Shown piece after piece: positions 13,469 to 25,363 of a stretch of 64,000 nt of DNA; the first letter of the stretch is position 1, and each line of letters opens with the position of its first letter. The DNA lies in contig NC_092675.1 in the NCBI RefSeq assembly GCF_964355755.1, positions 23,842,912 to 23,906,911 on the forward strand, given 5' to 3'. The position numbers and the translations under genes are program-made. Source of the stretch: Antedon mediterranea. Lineage: Eukaryota > Animalia > Echinodermata. A model generated the notes under the pieces. The model worked only from the letters and a program-made list of their open reading frames with translations, did not search any database and was not told the origin of the DNA.

Positions 13469-13552
13469 GGTTTTAGTTGCTGACCGACTTAAACAAATTC
13501 AATTTTGAACAGCGGTGAGCCAGCGACTTTTCTGTTCCAAACATGCAGCAGC

Positions 13553-13562
13553 AGAGAAAGGA
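13553..13562 (-). promoter_or_regulatory. TCT initiator / 5'TOP tract of RPS20
   Basis: Minus strand TCCTTTCTCT ~90 nt upstream of the ATG; fits the YYC+1TTTYY motif of ribosomal protein genes. Confidence 0.7.
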
Positions 13563-13900
13563 CCAAATCTAGGGCATAGGCCAGCTCAAAAATTCGCTAA
13601 TATTGATTTTGTTTCAAACATTTAAAAATGTTTAATTGATTTAATTTGCTCTATTAAAAAATATTTATAAAGTATTTCAATTTATATATAGAAAAAAATA
13701 ATATATTGACTTTAATATTACAGTTACAATACTTGTAATTTGTAAATTATATAACCCATACCTATAACACGAAAAATATGCAGTCCGACATGGTATAATA
13801 TTAGAATAATTGTTAAATTATCACTGTTACTAACAGTGGAACTGCCATACGTGACGTCAGATATCTAATTCCACGTTGATGTCTCCAACTCCTCCTTCCT
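13563..13900. promoter_or_regulatory. Bidirectional promoter region RPS20 / TM9SF4 with palindromic CRE (TGACGTCA, 13852-13859)
   Basis: Divergent genes with inferred starts only ~300-400 bp apart; probable non-coding TM9SF4 exon 1 ends at donor AAT|GTAAGT (13979/13980). Confidence 0.6.
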
Positions 13901-14755
13901 TTTTCCACACAAGTCACCAGTTTTGAGTCGTTTTCTGTAGATTTTAAAAACAACAATATAAAGCATACAGAATAGAAATGTAAGTAACATTATCTCAATT
14001 ACTTTAAAGATAAATTTTATGAATTATACGACTAGAGGCTATCCCTAGCTTGGTAAAATAGCTGGGCTAGGCCTAGCCCTAGCTAGCCTACCTAGCTAGC
14101 CTACGACTACGTACTAGACTAGCTGCACTACCTAGCAGGAGCTAGCCTCTATCTAGGATAGCCTGACCTAGCTAGCTAGGCTGCAGGAGGAGGGCCTAGT
14201 CTAGATGTTAGGCCTAGCTACTAATAGTTCTAGTACTTAACCTTCTCTAGGAAGCTAGACTACTAGGTAGGCCTGGAATGGATAGCCCGGACCTGGTCGT
14301 CAGGACAGGTATTTAATTTTAGAATGAAGCTTTAAAAAAGGTAACCCGAAAATTTCATTTCGGTCTGTTTTTTTTGTGTAAAAATTATATTTGAAAAATG
14401 TTATTTTAGATTTGGTGCCAATGGTTTTAATGTTCATTGATGTGCTGCATGTCAGGCCCAACTTCAATTAAACTAGCCTAAATAATGAAATGACATTGAA
14501 CATCTTTGTTACAATGTTAAATATTAGGAAATAACTAGAATTTAATTCGTCACTTTGACGAATTATAGGTGATAATTTTTATAATTTTACTGATATTTAT
14601 TTTTTTGTAAACATGCACATACGTTAAATATGACTGCAAAATAGTGATGTATGTTATCCTATGACCTGATGCATACTGTTAACTGTATATGCTTAGGGTG
14701 CAGATTGGTTAGTCATAGAATTTATACTCAATACTGTACATGTTTATTTTTCAGA

Positions 14756-17700
14756 ATGTCGCGATTGTTTTTGTTAGTTTTTCTGGTTAGCTTGTTTAAT
14801 AAATGCAGTGCCTTCTATGTACCTGGAGTTGCACCTGTGGAATTTAAAAAAGGAGAAAATGTTGAAATAAGGGTAAATATGTATATTATACTATAACCTT
14901 TTCATTAATGAATTCCTTACATTAGGTTAGATCTCGTTTAAATGTGATGGGGAAGCAATAAAAACCACTCTTGACAAGTTAAAAGTTATAAAACAATACA
15001 TTACAGTAGGCCAAAATATAAAACAGCATAAAAATATCATCGGCATGATATGAAACAAACTATAAACCATCAATGGTTATGCATTCTTTTAAACAATGGA
15101 ACTAAATTAAGGTCAAGAAAGCCTTCCAACCTTCCTTGAACAAACAAATCTACTGTATAACTTAGGCGCCACGCTTGCCATATGATTGTTGTTCCTTGTT
15201 GTTTTATCCTGCTAATTACTTCTTCATTTACATACAATCTGTCCTATTGGTATATAAGTACTCTAGGCGTTGTTTTCTGTTCTGATGATGAGAATAGTTT
15301 CTTGAATAAGTCAAGACATTTTAAGTCAGTTTGCCTATTTATCAAATGCCTGACAATCCAGTGTTCTCCCCAGGATTCACATCAAGCGTCACGCTTCGGC
15401 CCCGCCCCCTGGGGGGCGGGGGGCATTCCGACACTAAGTACTTGAGTCACAGCCCCACCATGGTTGGGGCTGTGGCGAAGCGGTTTTTGGTAATTTACCC
15501 CCTAGATGGCCGGAAATGGTACTCTCGCACATAACATTTATGTTGAATGACACCTCTGGTTTGGCCGGAAATAACACTTATAGCGCGCTAGCAAACAACA
15601 AAACGATCGTAGCCAACTTTTTCCGCCGGTAAACATACGCGAAGAAACATTTTTTGCGTTCATTACGAACGTCAGGGGGAAGCCCCAATGAAAAAAATAG
15701 GCCTAATCTATTAGCCTACTCATCAGTTGGACAACTCTAGTTGGCCGGAAACGAAACTTTATAGCGCACTAGCAAACAGTAAAACCATCGTAGCATACTT
15801 TTTCCGCCAGTAAACATACGCGATAAAAAAATGTTTTTGCGTTCAATACGAACGTCAAGGGGAATTCCCCGATGAAATAAAACTAGGCCTACTCATGAGT
15901 AGAACAACTCTGTAGTTGGCCGGAAAGACACTTCATAGCGCGCTAGCAAACCGCACGATCGTAGCCTGCTTTTTCCGCCGGTAAACATACGCGATAAGAA
16001 ACATTTTTTGCGTTCATTACGAACGTCAAGGGGAATTCCCCGATGAAATAAAAAATGCCTACTCATCAGTAGGACAACTCTGTAGTTGGCCGGAAAGGAC
16101 ACTTCATAGCGCGCTAGCAAACAGCCCGATTGAGCCTACTTTTCCGCATGTAAACATACTGTACGCGATATATGAAAAAAAAATATGCCTCATCAGTAGG
16201 CAACTGTAGTTAGCCGGAAACGACACCTAATAGCGCGTTAGCAAACATTAAAAACGATCGTAGCCTACTTTTTTTTCCGCCGGCGGGTAAACATATGCGA
16301 TAAAAAAACATTTTTTGCGTTCAAATACAAATATCGGGGGCAAGTCCCGATGAAATAAAACTAGGCTTACTCATTAGTAAGACACCTCAAGTTGCCCGGA
16401 AATAAGACTTCATAGCGCACAAGGAAATAGGAAAACATTCGAAAGAGAGACATGGCAGTAACAAAACACGTGCTTACATCTCTCGGCGGCGGCCGGTGAA
16501 AGCACCATGTGACATACAGTATCGCAGTACTGATATCACAATACCATGTGACATCCCTTGTCACTCGACTTTCTCACGAAGTAGGGCCTAAAACATTCTA
16601 GCACCGATGTACAAATGTACCTTAAGTTAAGTGAAATAAGACTTTAGCACACTAGCAAATAGGAAAACGATCGTAGCCTTCTTGAATGTATTATACGATC
16701 AAAGCAGCTAGCATTGAATTGCGCCTAGAAATCATTTGATGACATGCGTATGTTACCAACGAAAGAGTAAATCCCACCGATAGAGTCGATTAATTCAGTG
16801 TGATATTGAAAATAATAATATCATCGATATTTATTTTTAATACACATAACATTTTTACAAGAAAAACAATACAATCAATCATTTACTTTATTTACAATAT
16901 ACAAGTTACTACACTTTAGACAACAGCCAAATACTAGAGATCGAAAGAGAGACATGGCAGTAACAAAACACGTGTTTACATCTCTCGGCGGCGGCGCGGC
17001 CGGTGAAAGCGAGTCTCAGTTGTTTAACACTTTGTTACGCAGTCTTTTGTTTTTCGTCTAGTGGTCATGTCACGTGTCTCGTATGCATTAGGCTCTCTAT
17101 GCATGCCGCGCCTCAGCTCTAGAAAAAGTACCGTACCTGCCTGTTAATCTATTTTTAGATTGTTGTGGTTGATATTTTTAAGCGTCACGGATAAGGTTTT
17201 AAGCGTCACGGCCGACCGTAAAGCGTCACGGTAGAGAACCCAAGCGTCACGGTACCGTGACGCTTCAAAGGCCTGGGGAGAACACTGCAATCGTTATTTT
17301 AACTGGGAACTACTACAAACTAATTTTATTTATATATTCGTACATTATCATTATTTTATATATTTATTATTAATTTATCACAGTCAAATGCCTTGCATTT
17401 ATTAATTAAATATTATTGTTGCGGTCCAAATTCTCTGAAATGTATTAAATCTCAATGTTATGCTGTTTTGAATAGCCTATTGTAAGGTCTGTGACAGTTA
17501 ATTTGTATGTTTCTTGATTGCAGGGAGTGAAATTAACGAGTAGCAAAACTCAACTTCCATATGAGTACTTTTCATTGCCATTCTGTAAACCTGAAGGTAT
17601 AGATCTTCACTACAAACCAGAGAATCTGGGTGAAGTATTAAGAGGAGATAGAATTGTAAATACACCATATCAGGTAAATATAAGTGATATACACAACATA

Positions 17701-20700
17701 ATTTGCATTAATGCAGTCATCAAAATTATATAAATATAATATTCCTTTACAAAATATATTTGTGTTGAATCTCTGTGATAACAATATGCAGATATACTGT
17801 ATATATGTATAAACGCAAACGCATTCTATGTGATCCTCGTATACAAAAAATGCTAGATTACCAAAAAATTATTAATTCCATTGCGATTAAAAATAAATTT
17901 AATTTTATAAAAAACTTCACTGTGCTTTGACAAGAATATGTGTTGTAATTAAATGCGGTCTTAATGTATTATATTAGATTATTATTTTTGAACACATTTA
18001 CGGCCGCCATCTTCTTGGTTCCCCCTCCTGTCTGTCGGCTTATTACACCTCTCAGTCTGGTAATTACTTGTACCTGTTTTAACTCTTTGCTATTTACAGG
18101 TGGAGATGGCAACAGATAAATCATGTACAGTGTTGTGTAAGATTACATTAGATGAGAAAGCTTCTAAGCTGCTAGCACAGCGCATTAAGGAGGATTACAA
18201 TGTACACTTGTTATCTGATAATTTACCAATAGCAACAAGAATTCCAGAAGATGAGTTAGGCATTAAATTCAGCTATGTTCATGGATACAAACTGGGGTTC
18301 ACGTTATTGAAGGAAAATGCAGAGGGCAAAAAGGAACCTGTGGTAATTTTCATTTATTGCTTATTATTTATTTATTTATTACACCTTATTTATAGAGGGT
18401 GCCCCTAAACAGCGTATGAGTGCCAGTGGCTGTGTGTATACTAGTACACCAGGGTAAGAACACCTACTCGTCTCGAAAGTTGTATTAGGTTATAGTACAC
18501 ACGAGCCAGAGGTGTACACTGGAGAAGACTTGGTCTATCACCAGAACCATGGAGCGAGTGACGCTCGAACCCTTGCCGATGTTAATATGGCAAGATATTA
18601 CGGTTCTACTGTATTAACTGCTTGGCCAATCACCGCTTAATAGTGTATCAAGCTACATGTATTGTATTACATACCCATACCTCTTACATTCTATCGATCC
18701 CTTAAATTTTACTTTATTTATAAGCAATTAGTGTTCATCTTTCTACTTGTGGTGAATATAATGGAACCAAATCTAACTTTTACATGGGCTGATGAAGGTT
18801 GAAAATTAATTTTTGATGTGTTTCCCTCCCCCTACCCTCTTTCCAATTTATTCCTATATAATTTATTTGTAATCCTCAGATGTACATCAACAATCATTTG
18901 CGTCTTAACATGAAGTACCATAAAGTTGATGAGTATGGGTAAGTTGCAATTATTTAATTGTTTTGAATATTCACATTTTGTTAGGAACCCTGTATTTATT
19001 CAAACGCGTAACATCAACATCATTAACATGGTCTAACATTTAATGGGTATGGCATATGTTAACATTTTTGTGGAAATCAATTAATTAGTTAATTGGTTTC
19101 TGGATAAGTATGATCAGAAATACAATTAGATTCTCAGTTTCATGTGAGACTACAGAATATAGAACCTCCTTTGGAACAGCCATACTGTATTTATGTCGGA
19201 GATATCTCTACTAAGGAGGCGCCACACCACGAGCAACCTCTATTCAAGACACACCTATGTAGTTGTTTTATGCTTACTATATTTAGTTTTTGTTAGATAA
19301 TTTGGTGTTTTTTTCTAACAGAGATGATTACAGGGTGGTTGGTTTTGAAGCAGTAGCTCAGAGTCGAAAGTATAAAGCTGATGGACTAGAGATTGTCGAT
19401 GATAAGACATGCTCAGTTGATAAGGCCAAACCACTTGTCTTTCAAGAAGTTGTAGCTGGAGGTATGCCTCAAATCTTAAGCTCTATCTACAGTATCAAAC
19501 TAGTTTGACTACTAGATATGGTAGTAATATGATGTCATCGTATCCATATATTGGCACATCACATTCTTTTGTCACGTAAAGTTTGATAGTGTAGATACAA
19601 CTTCAGAATTAGAAAAATGTCATAAATCGAAGAACTTTAAAAAGTTTATAAAGGAAAACATTTTCTGTTGTGTTTAAATAACTTATTATACTTTCCAACC
19701 TATAATTATTTTTTTTGTATTGTTTTTATTTATTTTATTGTCTTTTATGCTTGCAGAGAGTCAAGAAATTTATTACACATTTGAAGTGAACTGGGAACCA
19801 AGTGATGTTAGATGGGCTTCACGTTGGGATACATACCTTGCCATGAGCGATGTCCAGATTCACTGGTTCTCAATTATTAACTCGCTTGTTGTGGTCTTCT
19901 TTTTGGCAGGTAAATTATTCTAAATAAATAAATAAAGTACCGTATTAAAATGACATATAATGTACTTTATTTCCCTATGGAAACAATGGTGTACCGCAAA
20001 CCTAACTTTCCTAGTCTTTTGTTATTGTTTTCTTGCAAATTATTATTTTTGATATATATTTTTCAAATACTCGCATAAAAACTTAAAATTCTTTATCTTT
20101 TAGGAATTTTGACAATGATAATTATCCGAACTCTGAGAAGAGACATTGCTCGTTACAACAAAGATGAGGATATGGTGAGCATTACTTTTCTTTATTTCAT
20201 CTATTATCACACTTTGAGATTATAATCATGAAATACAGTTGATCGATTAATGATAACCTGAAAAAACTGCTACAAGGTGTATTTTTGTAATTTATTCTAA
20301 TTTATTTCTTTTTGTTGTATGTTTTTATTCTTTTAGATCATATATAATAATAATTTATAATATAATAATTATATATATAATATGTACTTTGTACTTGGTG
20401 TCTTAAGAATATTTGGTCTATTGTAATGTGCTTAATCACTACTAGTATTATATCATATCATTTTTTTTAAATTTAAATATAATAATAATATTACTTTTTA
20501 GAATAATTAAAGAAAAACATTGTAAATGTATACAGGCCCCCCGTCATGCATATATCATGGGTGTTGGAAGTACACACCTAATTAGTGAAATTTAGCGCAT
20601 TTTTTTAACAGCTAGTGACTATGATTTATCCTTACCTTCTTATTTATTTTGTTTTATGTATCATTTCTAAATGTATCTTATTTGCCAGAATAAATAACAT

Positions 20701-23700
20701 AGTGTATGTTTGTAATTGTTGTCATAATATTTGATTTATACAGGAAGATACCATGGAGGAAACTGGGTGGAAATTAGTCCATGGGGATGTGTTCCGTCCT
20801 CCTAAGCACAAGAAGCTTCTATCATCAATGGTTGGGGCTGGCATGCAAGTCTTTTTTATGGCACTGATCACAATAGGTGAATACATTTATTTTCTTATTT
20901 AATTTAGGTTTTAATAAGGAGTTATTTATATGCAATATAGGATGACCAAACTATGTTAATTCATTGTGCGCATGCGGAAATATTGCGATGTGTGCTATTG
21001 CTCTTCACCTCAACTTATGTTTGATGATTTCTTGGTTCCAGGTGACAACGGAAGACACAACGATTGACCTGACCTAGGTCGGTCGTTGATACTTGGTCAT
21101 CGAAAATCGAAAGCTCCCTCTTATAATTTCTGAATGCATCATTTGTTTTATACCAAAAATGAACGTTTTATGAGTGGTATGGATAAATGATATTTAAAGA
21201 GATGGAACCAAGTTAAAATAGACCAGTGTATCTTTTAACTCATATCCTTAAAATGCAAAACATTCACTATTTGTACACCTACTGTGACTGTTGAAGGCCA
21301 TGCCTTAAAATCCATGAAAAAAAAAAATTATAAAATTATAAATTTAGAAAAAAAAATGTGTCAACTAATACTTAGCACACGTACGTGTAATCAACCAATC
21401 ATAAGGCAAAGATACTCTTAATGTGGTTATAAAACAATACAAATTTTTATTTCAGTTACTGCCATGTTTGGTATGCTGTCACCAAGTAGCCGTGGATCTT
21501 TGCTCACTGCAAGTTTATTCCTTTTTGTTTTTATGGGGTAAGTTTCAGTTGCATGATTTCTGATAGCAATAAATTGTTGATATAAAGTTTGCAGTACACC
21601 ACGTATATTAGTTCTGAAAAGAACTGTTGAGTTCCTCGACGTTTCAATCAATATGCTTTGATCATCCTCAGGAGTGAGAATGCAATAAATTGGTAATAAT
21701 ATTGTTATTTCATACTTTAAAAACAATAATAAATTTATATTAAACCAGAAAAACAACTTTGTGCATGTATTTAAAATGTATACATTGCTAGTTTTATTTT
21801 GTTTTTTAGAAAAATTAATGAATTAAAATAGTTTTGTTTTTTTTGTATTATAATGTAATCTCTGAATTGTAAATTCTTTATATAATTGTAACTTGTTTAC
21901 ATTGATATTGTTTTTATATTTTATTTTGACACCGCAAATACTTTTAACCAGATGGTAACTTTTTACGTCATTTACATCGGCCTAAATTTTCGCTTCCCGG
22001 GTACGACTCTGGTTACACAATTACGGATCAACTCCTCATTTTTTATGCTGGTGTAAAAGGGGTAAAATTTTAATTTATAATAATATATTACAAATTCGTC
22101 TTGCTTTACTTATATTCATATCTTTTTATTGTAGTGTCTTTGCTGGTTACTTTGCTGGAAGACTTTATAAAACTATTAAAGGCACAACATGGAAGCGTGC
22201 CGCTTTCTTGGTAAGATATTTTATTCTTTTTTTTCTATCATAATTTTTTATTTTCAGTTTATTGTGTATTTGCACAAAAATGGTGATTGTGTAGGTGGAG
22301 ACCATGTATTACTAGACTAGAAAGACTAGAAAAAATGATAATCCCCTGACAACAATACATTATGAGGCATTGTATGTAGTACATACTAGCATGTCTGTCT
22401 GTGTTTTTTTAAGGATTTAAACTCATGTTTACTTTACATTCAAACTGATGTGTCACACACAACACAGATTGTAGACCAGTATTTCCAGAGACAACTTCAA
22501 TCCCCTCCAAATAGAAAAACAGTACAAAACATTGTATATACATATATCCTAGCATGTCTGTCAGTGTTCTATTAAGAACTTAAATTCATGTTTGTTTTCC
22601 ACAAGAGAAAACTACAATTCACTGACAACAGAATAACAGTACATCTATCATATCAGTGTTTATATTTAAGTTCTTTAAATGTTTTCTTCACTTCCAGACT
22701 GGCACAGTTTTTCCTGGTGTATCATTTGGAATAGCATTCATACTGAACTTCTTTATCTGGGGTAAACATTCATCAGGTGCTGTACCCTTCACCACAATGA
22801 TCGCGTTGTTATGCATGTGGTTTGGTATATCACTTCCACTTGTGTACCTTGGGTACTATTTTGGATTCAGGAAACAGGTAAAATGTAATATGTAAATGCC
22901 AAAATATGGTCGAATTGGAATCAAAAACCTTATATTGCCCTAGAGGGAAATATAACTGAAATATAAATTTTAAAGTAAATATTAAGATCTTGTATGTGTG
23001 CATTTTATTAGAGTAAGAGAATGGTAAAAGAATTGAACTATGTTAGAGACATGGGTTATTTTTTTGCTTGTATCCCTCTAATGATATAAAACTCAGGGGA
23101 TCATCTCCCAGTGTGCTAGAGGATCTCCCAGTGTGCTAGAGGATCTCCCAGTGTGCTGGCAGATGCTGCAGTGTGACCGCCGTGGGTATGTGGAGGCCCT
23201 TAACATAATTTCTTAATTAATGGAAGATATATTTTTGTATTCATGTTGTTTATTTTGTTACAGCCATATGAGCATCCTGTAAGAACTAACCAGATCCCAA
23301 GACAAGTACCTGAACAAGTCTGGTATCTTAACCCACTGCTAAGGTTAGTTATAATTTGGTTAATGCTAAATGTTATTGTGTAGTGTGTAAACAAATATTG
23401 AATGTACATAAATATATATATGTAAATATATATCACTTTTAAAGACTATTTTAATAGTGTAATAATATTATTATATGTGTAATTTATTTTTGTAGTACAT
23501 TGATGGCTGGTATCCTACCATTTGGAGCTGTATTTATTGAATTATTTTTTATCCTATCGGTAAGACTTGCTTATGTTGTTTTGTTTGTTGGCTATTTTAT
23601 TAACCTATATGCCATGCCATTCTCTAACTTACATCATTGTCAAATGATATGAAGATCTGATAATGTACAGTCTACTGTGGCTTGTGTATATTCCAAGAAC

Positions 23701-25363
23701 CCAGTTCATCTTTCAGAAGGTAGTTACCTCGAAGTACTGGTTCATTTCAGCCCCTGTCATGGTAAACCCTGCACTAGAAATGACGGCCTAATCCAAATTT
23801 CCTCGGAGGATGAATATTATCAAAACAAAGATTTCTTAGCTTAGATTTTTTTCTACGCATTGATTATTGTAGTGAATTGAGGAAGTAAACATTGACAGAA
23901 TAGTTTTCTGTATTTCAGCAATCTTTACGAATGTTACTTTTGGTTAAATCTGTGAAACATGATTTTTCTTAAGGTTTTTACTTTTAATAATTTGTTTTCT
24001 TTTGTTTTTTCTAGGCCATTTGGGAGAATCAGTTTTACTACTTGTTTGGATTTCTGTTTTTGGTTTTTATTATTTTGATGGTTTCCTGTGGTCAGATTGC
24101 TATAGTTATGGTCTATTTTCAACTGTGTGGTGAGGTAAGCAAAACTAAAAACCAAAATATACAATTAGCGATATTTGTTTTATAGTCAACTCTACAAAAC
24201 TGGAATTTTGTTTAGGGTCAAAAGGAACAGAACTGACCTCATGCCTCATTTACTGTATACCATTGGTTACTGAATCAGGTTATATAAAGACAATTTATCA
24301 TGCTATTATATATTGTTAGCTCCTCGATATAAAATCTGTATAAATAACACAAGAATATCAATGATTTTTATCATTCCTTTCAGGACTATCATTGGTGGTG
24401 GCGCTCATTTATCGTGTCTGGTGGCTCAGCATTCTACGTATTTCTCTACGCAATATTCTATTTTATTACAAAGGTAATTACTTTTTTAATGCATTTATGT
24501 ATGTTACCCGATTCTGATTTCTGAAACAAGTGAAGCTGATGTGTGTACTATGGTTAACTCTCTTGAAAACCAAACACTGAAAATTGTCTTAAAGGCCAGG
24601 TGCGGGCCAACAATTTCTTTTGATCATACATTCCAATAATTATCGATCTATATTTTTTCCCCTATGTTTCATAATTTGGGGGTTTTATTTGTGTTACACA
24701 AGCTTGTTGAAAATATACACTTTCTTATCAGTGGGGGGGGGGGGATAGTTCAAATTACACTTCATAGTTTTATTTTCATGCTATAGCAAAAATTATCCAC
24801 CATCTTTTTTCACCTTCTAGGGAGTCACCAAACATGTTATTACATTAGGTTAAACTACCTAACTACTGAAAAAAAGGTCTTCCTGGTTTTTATAGCAGAA
24901 TTTTGCCAAACTTTGTATTTGACCATTTTAAGGAAAATTCATATTTTTTCATCTTGATTTCTGTTACAAATATTTGATTTATGTACAATTAACCAGATAT
25001 CAAATTTAAAATTCATGCTTTTACCTGAGCTTCAAAGCCATTTACGGCCAGTTCTAAAACGTACAATTTTTTGCGAGAGTTTACTATATTTGTACAGTAT
25101 ACTCAATACACTAATTTTGATCGACAGAAAATATTCTGTTCATACATTAGATAATTTAAGATTTTTAACATAAAATAATATCTATTTGTTGTTTGTTTTT
25201 TGTTTGTTAACAGCTTGAGATTACACAGTTTGTTCCTGCGTTGCTCTACTTTGGCTACACGCTCATTATGGTGTTCACATTTTGGATCGTCACAGGAACT
25301 ATAGGATTCTTCGCTGCTTATTGGTTTATTCGCAAAATTTATGCGGCCGTGAAAATTGATTGA
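14756..25363 (+). CDS. TM9SF4: Transmembrane 9 superfamily member 4 (nonaspanin), 635 aa, 16 coding exons
   Basis: Exons 14756-14872, 17524-17673, 18100-18342, 18880-18938, 19322-19461, 19757-19909, 20104-20174, 20744-20876, 21456-21537, 22135-22210, 22698-22877, 23264-23343, 23496-23559, 24015-24134, 24384-24473, 25214-25363 (1908 nt, open frame). Signal peptide then FYVPGVAP; [19 protein letters not shown]; [16 protein letters not shown]; [14 protein letters not shown]; C-terminus IYAAVKID as in TM9SF4. Confidence 0.96.
15359..17287. mobile_element. Non-autonomous DNA transposon (~1.93 kb), 16-bp TIR CAGTGTTCTCCCCAGG, 5-bp TSD CAATC; hAT-like
   Basis: Perfect TIRs at 15359-15374 and 17272-17287; CAATC directly on both sides; subterminal AAGCGTCACG repeats; no transposase ORF. 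Confidence 0.85.
15555..16440. repeat. Internal tandem array of ~125-185 bp units (about 6) inside the hAT-like element
   Basis: GTTGGCCGGAAA...ATAGCGCGCTAGCAAAC...TTTTCCGCCGGTAAACATACGCGA recurs near 15558, 15740, 15915, 16084, 16208, 16391. Confidence 0.85.
18410..18633 (-). mobile_element. tRNA-derived SINE with Deu/Nin-like central domain
   Basis: Minus strand TGGCCAAGCAGTTAA (A box), GGGTTCGAG (B box), then AAGTCTTCTC..CAGTGTACAC..TCGAGACGAGTAGG; homologous to the copy at 33170. Confidence 0.6.
21635..21674 (-). ncRNA. Minimal type I hammerhead ribozyme motif (Penelope-like element type)
   Basis: Minus strand CTC-CTGAGGA-T-GATCAA-agcata-TTGATT-GAAA-CG-TC-GAG: intact core, 6-bp stem II, palindromic ACGT stem III, 3-bp stem I. 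Confidence 0.65.
23100..23157. repeat. 20-bp tandem repeat GGATCTCCCAGTGTGCTAGA x ~3
   Basis: Direct inspection. Confidence 0.85.
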
